Below, piece by piece: positions 52,996 to 64,000 of a stretch of 64,000 nucleotides of DNA. Source of the DNA: Nageia nagi (Eukaryota > Plantae > Pinophyta). The position numbers and the translations under genes are program-made. The stretch is taken from contig JBITNC010000001.1 of NCBI GenBank assembly GCA_050084985.1, positions 123,566,001-123,630,000 of the forward strand, read 5' to 3'. The notes beneath the pieces were generated by a model. The model saw nothing but the letters and a program-made list of their open reading frames with translations, searched no databases and was not told the DNA's origin. Within the stretch, counting starts at the first letter, position 1. Each line of letters begins with the position of its first letter.

Positions 52996-54864
52996 CATCC
53001 ATATCATAATTTTTTGGCTAACACTTAATTGTAGGTACATAGATCCATAAGAACAAAAGCATATTATAGTCAAAACTAGGGCATTAGCATTATGCTCACT
53101 ATTTTTTAGGTTGCTAGCAATGTATAGTTCATTGCCATTTCCACCCATACAAAGCATAACCTCTCTATTTTAAGGCATGGACATAAGTGCATCAGCTTCT
53201 TGAGTATTTGACATAATGGAATGACTAGATTCATGATTAAATAGTATAAAGAAGGCACATCATATCTTCCATCTTCAGCCTTGGATATGGATTTCTATAG
53301 TCATCCAAATATCATCCAAACAATATTCTAGAAGATAACTTCTTTAGCAACTTTTTCCTTGGCTAATTCACTTAAGGATCTTTTTAATACACCCAAGTCA
53401 AATGGGGGGTAGCATAAGGACCCTCATCATCATTCAATCAACATTAGTAAAAGGATCAAAAATGTTTCCTCTATGATTCTTCTACACTTCTTTTTGGACA
53501 TGTAATTTCATTACTTCAATCACACATCCAAAGAGGGCAAATGTAGAAGCTTAAAATGAACCTTTATGTATTTAATAAATCATTTAAATTCCTTAACAAT
53601 GTATCATTTAAAAAGGGATTAAAAATGTATAAGAAAGTTGTAGGACATGTATTTGACCCATGTGGCATGTACAAGGGGTCTAATCCTATAATGGAAGCAT
53701 CCCTATATAAAGGCATTCAAGAAATACAAAGATGCATGGTGGGATATCATCAAGAAGAGATTAGACAAGGGGTAGATTATAGAAGACCCAAGGCTTCTAT
53801 CAGTTGAAATCAGATAGAGAACCAAGGAATCAAACATCATTTACAAAGCAAACCTTTGTATGGTCTTCTTATTTGTAATAAATGAATCTCTTATCTCAAG
53901 TATTATCACACTTTTGTTATATTGATAAATATGATCAAGAGAAATGAAATTGAGAAAGGAACACATTATAAGGGAGACAAGGTCTAGAAAAGGGAAAGAA
54001 AAAATAACATTTGGGCTAGATAACATTCATGGTAAGGAGAATGCATCATTGTAGGGTAAAGAAATGGGGGACATGTTGAAGATAATAAAAGAAGATACAA
54101 TTATAGTTGAGACCCTTGTACAAGCTAGTAAGGTAGCTCACAGGAATATGGTAACAACAAAGATAGACTCTTTTTTTTATTGACATAGCTAAAATTGGAA
54201 GATAAGTTATAGAAATAACATAAGAAAATGCAATAAAGTAGGGGAAGGGAAAAAATACAAATGGAGGATGTAGTGGAGTAAATCTAATCTTAGGGAGAAC
54301 AAGGATAAAACATCAAATGAAGGAGCAAGAAGAATAAGGAAAGGATAAATGGGCATTTAAAGGTGTGTAATTTATTAATTTGGAGGAATGAAGACCTCCA
54401 AAGTAATTCAAAATCAAAGGCATTCTGAAGATGTTTGGGAAACCATAAAAGTAGGAGTGTTTTTTATATACATTATTGGGTACTTAGTATTACTATTAGT
54501 TAATGTATTGCTAGTGATTATTAGGGAACTTAGTTTTTTGGAAACCTTATTATGGAATTCTAGACACTTTTCTATTTTTTTTTTTTTGTGAACTCATATG
54601 TTTATATTTATCTAAGATGTAAATTTTTGTGAAGACCATTACAAACTTCACACATTTTGAAGATTAATACAAAAAAAACCTCTAGATTGTATATAAATAA
54701 TGTATTTTTGGCTATTATTTACTAATATTTTTATTGCATTATATCAAATTATGTTTTCCTCATGCATCTTGTAAAACAACTCAAGTACTTTAAGATTATA
54801 ATTCATATTTTAAAGCCAATGGAAGTTTGAAACCAAATACACCTTATATGTTTTATTTATGCAG

Positions 54865-57400
54865 TTAACTAAAACATAATGAAAATTGAAATGGCATAGA
54901 TTTTTTAATCTACCTATCCAAGATATCCAAGGAAAACAACTATTTTGTTGAAATAATTTAACTTGGATAAGAATACCATGCACAAAAAGAAAGATGAATT
55001 AAATTGCCACAATACCTTTGTGAAGGTTGAATTATTTCAAAAATGGAGAAGAATCTAATCATGATGCACAATGCACATTTTTGTGCAAGAAAAAGAAGAA
55101 AAAAGGTCTAAAAGGTAGTTACAAATTGACAACCATCATACATGAAATTTAATAAAATATTCTTTTTCCAATTTCAACATTACATGATCTTGTATTTGTA
55201 AGTTATATAATTAGTTTGTTTTTTCTTTGTAGTTATTGGTATGCTTATGGTTATAAGGACATGAGAGACAACCCACCTCCTCCAAAACATAAGAGGAATT
55301 TTATAAAGAAAAGGGGTTGTCAATGTTATTTTGTTGTTAAGGTATTCAAAAGTTTACCTAAAGTTGCATTTATTACATACAATAAATTTGAACATGTTGC
55401 ACTTGATGGAAAACCTTGCCATGGAGTGCATGATACAAGAAAAATTTAAAAAGGAATGGCCAAATTTGCTAAGAGATGATGTTTCAGTTAATACAATATA
55501 TAATGTGCAATTTATGCAAGAGTACTTTAAAAATGTACCTACAATTTGAGATCATTGCATTTTAAGGAGGGATATTCAAAACATATACAATAGATTGATG
55601 AGGGGATGATGCAAAAGGATAAAGATGATGCCACTAGTATGGACTGATGGTATCGGGCCAAAAAAGAAAAGTTTTATATATATGGTAACCCCAAACATGA
55701 AATTTGAAATTTTATTATCGGTATTTAAATAGAATAAATGTGTTGGATAAGATGGTGGAATTATCCCATAATAATATAATTTCAATGGATTCAACCTTTA
55801 GTACAAATTTATATGGTGTAATTATTGATAACTCTTTCCATAATTTTTTATTTTTTCCTTGTTGATGTTGTCCATATCTTAATTTTTATGCATTACTAAT
55901 TTTTCTCATTCTTGAACTTTTGTGCATAGTAGTACCAATTTTACACATTTGTTGCATTTGATTCCCAACAAAGTAGTTTACCTATGGCTTGGGTTTTCAC
56001 ATACAAAAAATGGTGTTGATGATATAGTTGAGTGGCTTGAAATATTGAAATAATGTTATCTAGAACACCGACCAAGTTGGCATGTGAATGCTTTTCTTAC
56101 TATGATGCTGCTATAGAAATCTAGGCCATTAGATTTTTGAACTATATTTTGTTTAAAATATGCAAAACAAGTGTAAGCCTAATAATATTTTTTATTTTAT
56201 AAGTGTTCTTTTCTCTTGTTCTTTTGGTAATTTTTTTTTATTTTGCATGTATGTCCAGAAAAGTGTTTGGTTGCAGGCATTTGTTGTGTGTCTAGCATGT
56301 GAAACAGGCTTGGTTAAATAATGTCTACAAGAAGCATCAAGTAAAGAGGTTGGAAGAAAAATGTTTGCAAGGTTAGATGAAATAATTTACAAATGCATGG
56401 ATGATGCATTTTTGAAATCAATTGTATCTAAGTTTTACATTCATTTCCATAACAAGAAGGCTTTTATAGATTACTTGATTGGTAATTGGTTTGATGCTAA
56501 TAGAATTTGTAAGGATAGTCATAACATGTTTACATTTTTTACAATTATGTTTCCCCTTTTCAAACATTTATGATATTTATTCTATAATTTTGTTGTAGGT
56601 ATGTGGGCAAAACCCTATAAAAATTTTCCCCATTCCAACTAAGAAACAAATTTAACCACAGAGTCATATCATTGTATTTTGAAAACTAGATTTCTATTTC
56701 AAAAGGCTAGAAAATATGGTAGAATGGATTTGTTACTTTACACTCTTTTTGAACTAGGTTTACCATATTATATAAATCTAGTTAAATTGAATACATTAGG
56801 ATTTTGGAACAATTACAAGAAGTAAAAGAGTCTAGAAAGTACAATACATAAGTCTCATATGATACTTGATTCTCATTGTGTCCCTCATGAAGATGTCATT
56901 GGTTCATACTAGGTGAGGTTTAAAATAGATGTGTCAAAATAATATCTTATTACCTTTCAAGGTGAAGATCACTCATACACATACATTTTGAGTGGGACCT
57001 TAGAGGTAACACATGCAAGCATGTATTAAAAATCATGAACATGTAGGCTAAAACTATTAATTTTCATAATTGTACAAGGATACTTGCACCTAATACACCT
57101 CATTCTCCTACCAACATATCCTCACCTCATGTTAACATCTCTTAAGGTTAGGCATATCAGGTTGATCATTCATCTCTTAGGATATCATATGTGGATTATG
57201 TAAAGGCATGGTTGAAATTATTGTTAGAGAAATATTATGATACTCCTAGAAGCAAGAGGCAGTTTGCAATGATGGTTGTGGATATGAAAGCTAGGTGCTG
57301 CTAGTTTTCATTCCCATAAGATTCTAATGTAGCTAAAAGGTTTGGAATAAAAATAAAGAGTTAATAAGTCCTTAAGTAAAAAATAAAGTGGGACTCGAGA
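54865..57400 (+). pseudogene. MULE-type DDE/SWIM transposase, copy 2
   Basis: Same motifs as copy 1, plus a decayed SWIM end LRGNTCKH at ~57000-57022. Confidence 0.85.
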
Positions 57401-57799
57401 GATGAAATCATGTGACTTAATTTTGATGCCAACAAACTCCTACTTATGTATTTTCAAGATTAAAAAAGCATGGTCAACCTAAGACAACATAATTTCAAGG
57501 TAAACACTTTGTGATTTAATTTAACTTCATTCATAGAAATCATTTTTCAAAAAATGTGATATGAGTGCTAGTATTACTCTTTCTTGTATATGATTGTGTC
57601 AAATTTAAATCAACACATAGGTATTTATCATTCTTAACCATAGCTAAGCAATCTCATCTAGGGGAAAATCAGAATCAAAATATTATGCATAGGATCAATG
57701 TTAAAACTTTATAATAAATACATTAATTTTTTCTATAATTTTGATAATTGGGATTGCATATTATTAGTAAAAGAATGGTGAAGGCATACCTAGTTTTTA

Positions 57800-57985
57800 A
57801 TTAAGTTGTTTATGTCCTCTGTATGGATCTAAGATATTATTAAATATATTATGTTTCATCTAAGTTGTGTATGTCCTATATATGGATCTGAGTTATTGGC
57901 AAAATAATATCTAAATTATTTATATCTTAATTTGTGTATGTCTTGTGAATGGATTTGAATTATTGGCATCATAATATATATGAGA
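57800..57985. repeat. Short ~57-bp tandem repeats 3' of the transposase (paralog at ~63530-63745)
   Basis: Recurrent taagttgtgtatgtc...atggatct...ttattggc. Confidence 0.75.
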
Positions 57986-58619
57986 ATTTCTAAGAAAATG
58001 TACCTAAATAATTAAGGAGTAAAGAAAATGTCTTCAAAAAAGGATACATGAATGATTTTAGGCATAAAAATATCATTAACATTATGATAAAAGGAAACAA
58101 TTCATTAAAGAAATGTGGAAAGGAGATACATAAGCCTATAATAAATAAGACATGGTTACATGTATAAATGTCCTACTTATGCATGGTTAACTTAAATATA
58201 ATAAACCTAAAAAGTAAACAAAAGCCTTAGAGTTGCATGGTTGAAAATCCCATTGGAAAAGGAAATAAGACATTGTAAAAATTGGAAATGTAGCCACAAA
58301 AACATATAATAAATATTCAAAATATCCTATACACAAGTAGCAATTTTAGAATCATTAAAGGATATGGTACCCTTTATTTGCCTAGCTTTATTGAGATTAA
58401 AAGAGCATAGGAGCTAAGATCATTTTTGTCCAATGGAAGTCTTGGTAATTATGATCTTGATCATATACTTACTCAATCTCAAATCAAAATATGGAGCTAA
58501 TTAACACAACCTTAATCCATTTCATGAACTCAATCACAACTAATATACCATTATTCATGAACCCTAATATTTTTGGAGATCCATATAATTTACTAATAAT
58601 GAATCAATTCAAAGATGAT

Positions 58620-58950
58620 CAACCATATTATATACGCCCATATATTATCATTATATATGCCAATCATATAACTTAATATACACCCATCATATATCTTCGA
58701 ACGTAACTAACACTAGTGATGTTCGCTATATACATCCACCATATATTTGATATATCCCACCATATATCTTGATATATGCCTATCATATATCTTTAAATGT
58801 AACTAACATTAGTGATGTTTTCTATATACACCCACCATTATTTGATATATAACCACCATATATATTGATATACGCCCATCATATATCTTTGAACATAACT
58901 AACACTATATGTGCCCATCATATATTCATATATATGCCCATGATATATCT
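58620..58950 (-). repeat. Right subterminal array, TATA(C/T)(G/A)CCCATCATATAT, with ~100-bp higher-order period
   Basis: Reverse complement of the 31950-32625 motif. taactaaca recurs three times ~97-100 bp apart. Confidence 0.85.
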
Positions 58951-59025
58951 ATACAATGTTAAGCTATCTATGAAATGATTTGTATTGAACTATGTATGAT
59001 TTGGGTCTATATTTGTATATTAATA

Positions 59026-60395
59026 TTCTTTATGAGGGAGGTTTAAATAGGTTTATGAATGCATGCAGGGATGAGGATGAACAAATCTCACTAGAAGTTG
59101 CAAAATCTTGGAATGAAGGTGTTTGTAGTGTTAATGGTTTGGAGCTGGTATTCTCAACAAAGATAATTGCCTAAGAAACCCACCTACCAAATGTTAGAGT
59201 AGAAGTAAGAAGGGAAGGCAGGGTGAATAAGCTTGTAGCCAAATACAAGTTCATTCAAACCTACATGCAAGGCCTAGTTTGGATAAGTTTCAAATGGGGA
59301 TATTACAAAATTGCATTCTAAAGCCTTGGAAGGAGCTAGCCAAGGCCTTGATGAGATATATAAAACTTGAAGGAAGGTACAATAAGCTCTATTCCCATCA
59401 TTTATTCTTATCAACCATTTTATTTTTTCTAAAATAGATAGGGTGAATTTTGCCTTCTTTTTTTTAATTCAATGAGCAATTCCATAAGAAAATTTAAGGC
59501 AAATTTAACACAATGGATAATTCATAGTGGAGTGATAAAACTTATGTATAAAAGAGCCTTGGAAATATACCTAGGAGGATTCCAAAGGTAATAAATTATT
59601 GAGGCTAGGTATTTGATACAAAGAGTACAAAACCTTGGGATTAAAATTTTTGACCAAGAGGAGAATACCCTTGTGGCCAGTATAATGAAATTGAAGAAGG
59701 GGGAAGAAATCCATGAAAGAGAAAGGAGAGTTGAGATAACATTCATGGGGAGAAGAATGCATCATCATAGGATAAAGAAATGGGAGACATATTGAAGATA
59801 ACAAAAGAAAATACAATTATAGCTGAGACCCTTGTGCAAGCTAGTAAGGAAGCTCTCAACAATTTAGTCATAACAAAATAGACTCCTTTTAAATTGACAT
59901 GAGAAGATGTAGAAACAACATAAGGAAAATGCAACAAAGTAGGGGAAGGGAAAAAAAGAACAATGGAAGATGTCTTAGAGTGTAATCCAATCTCAAGGAG
60001 AATAAGGAGCAACATCAAAATAAAGGAGCAAGGAGGAACAAGGAAAGGATAAATATGCATTTAAAGGTATGAAATTTATTAATTTGGAGGAATGAATACC
60101 TCCAAAGGAATTCAAAATGAAAGGCATTCTGAAGATTTTTGGGACAAAATAAAAGTAGGAGTGAAGTAGAAAACTAGGAGTGTTTTTTATATATTTTTTG
60201 GGCACTTAGTGTATTACTATTAGTTAATGTATTGTTAACAATTGTTGGAGAACTTAGTTTTTTTAGGAACCTTGTTATGGAATTCTGGACACTTTTTTTT
60301 TTTTGGGAACTCCTATGCTTATATTTATATTGGATGTAAATTTTTGTGAAGATCCTTCCAAACTTCACACATTTTAAAGAATAATATAAAAAATA
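59026..60395 (+). pseudogene. ORF-A paralog (5'-truncated, no gypsy insertion) with 3' UTR
   Basis: LYEGGLNRFMNACRDEDEQISLEVAKSWNEG..PWKELAKALMRYIKLEGRYNKLYSHHF..IHSGVIKLMYKRAL. Confidence 0.65.
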
Positions 60396-60606
60396 GCCTC
60401 TAGATTTTATGTAAATAATGTATTTTTGGCTATTCTTTACTAATATTTATATTACATTGCATCAAAATGTGTTTGCCTCATACATCATGTTAAAAAATTG
60501 AGTACTTTAAGATTATAATTCAAATTTTAAAGCCAATTGAAGTTTGAAATCCATGAGTGCCTTATACTATGCTATAATGCACCTTATATGTTTTATTTTT
60601 ATGTAG

Positions 60607-63150
60607 TTAACTGAAACACAATTATATTGAAATGTCATAGAATTTTTAATCTACTTATCCAAGATATCCAAGGAAAATAACTATTTTGTTGAAATGATTT
60701 AACCTAGACAAGAATACCATGCACAAAAGGAAAGATAAATTCTATTGCCTGCAATCTTATTGATTTCAAAAAGGGAGAAGAACCTAATTCTGATGCACAA
60801 TGCACATTGTTATTCAAGAAAAAGAACAAAAAAGGTTTGAAAGGTAGTTGCAAATCGAAGGCCATCATATGTGGAATGTAATAAAGTATTCTTTCCCAAT
60901 TTCAACATTACATGATGTTATCTTTGCAAGTAATATAATTGTAAATTTTTTATTTTCTGTGTAGTTTTTGGTATACTTATGGTTATAAGGACATGAGAGA
61001 CAACCCACCTCCTCCAAAACATAAGAGGAATTTTACAAAGAAAAGGGGTTGTAAATGTTATTTTGTTATTAAGGTATTCAAAATTTTACCTAAAGTTGCA
61101 TTTATTACATACAATAAATTTAAACATGTTGCACTTGATGAAAAACCCTTCCATGGAGTGTATGATATAAGAAATCTAAAAAAATGGAAGGGCCAAATTT
61201 GCTAAGAGATGGTGTTTTAGTTGATATAATATATAATGTGCAATTTATGCAAGAGTACTTTGAATATGTACTTACAATTTGAGATCATTGCATTTTAATG
61301 AAGGATGTTCAAAACATATATAATAGATTGATGAGGGGGAAGGTGTAGAAGGCTAAAGATGATGCCACTAGTATAGACAGATGGTACCGGGTGAACAAAT
61401 TTTTTTTTATATATATAAGAACCCTAACCATGAAATTTGAAAATTTGTTATCAATATTCAAATAGAATGGATTTTGGATAAGATGGTCAAATTATCCCAC
61501 AATAATATAATTTCAATGGATTCAATATTTAGTACAAATTTGTACGATGTAAGTATTGCTTAGTTTTTGCATAACTATTTATTTTTCCATTGTTGTTATT
61601 GTCCATATCTGAATTTTTATGCATTGCTAATTTTTTTACATTCCTAAACTTTTGTGCATTATAGTACCAATTTAACACATTTGATTCCCAACAAAGTGGT
61701 CTACCTATGGCTTGGATTATCACATACAAAAATGGTGTTGATGGTATAGCTAAATGGCTTGAAATATTGAAACAATGTTGTCTAGAACACCAACCAAGTT
61801 GGCATGTGAATTCTTTTCTTACTCATGATGCTACTGCAAAAATATAGGCAATCAAATTTGTGAACTGTATTTTGTTTAAAAAATATGCAAAATAAGTGTA
61901 AACCTAAAATATTTTTTATTTTATAAGTGTTCTTTTCTCTTATTCATTTGGTAAATTTGTTTATGTTATTACATGTATGTCTAGGAAAGTGTTTGGTTGT
62001 AGGCATTTGTTGTGTGTCTAGCATGTGAAATGGGCTTGGTTAAATAATGTATACAAGAAGGTATCAAGTAAAGAGGTTGAAAGAAAAATACTTACAAGGT
62101 TAGATGAAATAATGTCCAAATGCAAGTATGATACATTTGTGAAATTATTTGTATCTAATTTTTATGTTGATTTCCATAAAAACAAGGCTTTTATAAATTA
62201 CTTGATTGGTAATTGGTTTGATGTTGATAGAATTTGTAAGGAAAATCATAACATGTTTACATTTTTTACTATTATTTTTTCCCTTTTCAAGCATTTGTGA
62301 TTTTTATTCTACATTTTCTATTATAGGTATGTGGGTGAAATGCTACAAAAAATTTCCCCATTCCAACCAAGAAATAAATTCAACCATAGAGTCATATCAT
62401 TGTACTTTGAAAACTAGATTTCTATGTCAAAAGGCTAGAAAATATAATAGAAAAATGGATTTGTTAGTTTACACTCTGTTTGAGCTAGTTTTACCATATT
62501 ATATGAATCTAGTTAAATTGAAGACACTAGGATTTTGGAATAATTACAAGAAGTAAAAGAATCTAGAGAGTATATTACAAAAGTATCATATGATACCTGA
62601 TTTTCATTGTGTCCCTCATGAAGATGTTGTTAGTTCATACTAGGTGAGGAGCCAAAAAAATGTGTCAAAATAATATCTTGTTACCCTTCAAGGTGAAGAT
62701 CACTCTTACACATGCACTTGTGATTGGGCCCTTAGAGGTAACACATGCAAGCATGTATTCAAAATCATGAACATGTGGATTGAAACTATTAATTTTCCTA
62801 ACTATACAATGAGACCTACACCTAACACACCTCATTCTCCTACCAACATATCCTCACCTCATGTTAACATCTCCTAAAGTTAGGAATATCAGGTTGATCA
62901 TTCATCTCTTAGGTTATCATATGTAGATAATGTAAATGCATGGTTAAAATTGTTGTTAGAAAATCTTATGATACTCCCAAAAGTAAGAGGTAGTTTGCAA
63001 TAATGGTTATGGATATGAAAACTAGGTACCATCAATTTTCATTCCCATATGATTCTAATGTAGTTGAAAGGTATGGAATAATAATAAAGAGTTATATGAG
63101 TCATTGAAGTAAAAAAAAAGTTAGACTCAAAAGATGAAATCATGTGACTT
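60607..63150 (+). pseudogene. MULE-type DDE/SWIM transposase, copy 3 (best preserved)
   Basis: Predicted introns ~60886-60964, 61549-61664, ~61857-61984 and 62236-62326. Motifs MDSIFSTN, FDSQQSGLPMAW, FLTHDA, QEINSTIESYH, and SWIM finger CTCDWALRGNTCKH (62713-62754). Confidence 0.88.
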
Positions 63151-64000
63151 AATTGTTGATGCCCAACATACTCCTACTTATGTATTTTCAATATTAAAAA
63201 AATGTGGTTGACCTAAGACAACAAAATTTCAAGGTAAACACTTTGTGATTTAATTTAACTTCATTCATAGAAATCATTTTTCAAAAATCTAATATGAATG
63301 CTAGTCTTACTCTTTCTTGTATAAGATTGTGCCGAATTTGAATCAACACATAGGTATTTATCAGTCTTAACCATAGCTAAGCAATCTCATCTAGGGGAAA
63401 ATCAAAATTAGAATATTAGGCATAGGATCAATGTTAAACTTTATAATAAATACATTAATGTTTTCTATGATTTTGATAATTGGGATTGCATATTATTAGT
63501 AAAAGAATGGTGAAGGCATACCTTAGTTGTCAATTAAGTTATTTATGTCCTTCTGTATGGATCTAAGATATTATTAAATATATTATGTTTCATCTAAGTT
63601 GTGTATGTCGTATGTATGGATCTGAGTTATTGGCATCATAATGTTTGAGTTATTAGCATTATAATATATGAGTTATTGGCAAAATAATATCTAAGTTGTG
63701 TATGTCTTGTGAATGGATCTAACTTATTGGCATCATAATATATATGAGAATTTTTTGAGTAAAATATACCTAAGGAATTAGAGTAGTAAAGAAAATGTCC
63801 TCAACAAAAATACATGAATGATTTTAGGCATGAAAATATCATTGACATTATGAGAAAAGGAAACAAGACATGAAAGAAATGTGGAAAAGAGGTACATAAG
63901 CCTATAATAAACAAGAAATGGTTATATGTATAAATTTCCTACTTGTGCATGGTTAAATTAAATACAATAAACATGAAAAGTAAGAAGAATCCTTAGAGTT

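Larger units (their letters stand above)
46442..53930 (+). mobile_element. Second copy of element D (5' end missing at the gap)
   Basis: gag 46442-47780, antisense PMD ~48880-50460, 192-bp array ~52140-52995, PPT, and truncated 3' LTR 53542-53930. Confidence 0.9.
35772..57004 (+). repeat. ~10.6-kb direct duplication flanking the gap (35772-46341 / 46442-57004)
   Basis: Colinear and highly similar. Both breakpoints coincide with the gap edges. Confidence 0.96.

Overview
This is AT-rich, strongly CpG-depleted eukaryotic DNA made almost entirely of nested, decayed transposons. It looks like methylated intergenic DNA of a large plant genome, probably a gymnosperm (inference). I see no intact host gene, RNA gene or CRISPR array. 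Left half: a nest of four elements. An old minus-strand Ty1/copia (B, 6727-25046) has its 3' LTR split by a plus-strand, integrase-deleted copia (A, 6901-20114). A carries a ~1 kb TIR element (9097-10112) and a very young 3.4-kb non-autonomous LTR element (C, 16044-19481). C has 309-bp LTRs differing at 3 sites and a perfect CTTCT TSD, and its only coding content is an unrecognised acidic, internally repetitive ORF. Right half: a large Mutator-like (MULE) locus with inverted subterminal repeat arrays. It contains a poly(A)-ended accessory ORF and an intron-containing DDE/SWIM transposase resembling the At4g13970/At1g60560 family (3 copies). It is interrupted by a pol-less Ty3/gypsy element (D) carrying gag, an antisense plant-mobile-domain (PMD) ORF and a 192-bp tandem array. 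Two near-identical tandem duplications look like assembly artefacts: 4.5 kb at 9435-18426, and 10.6 kb across a 100-N gap. A third, more diverged duplication (from ~59.0 kb) looks real. The best candidates for something undescribed are element C with its orphan ORF and the two-ORF MULE. All family assignments come from motifs recognised by eye; no database searches were run.
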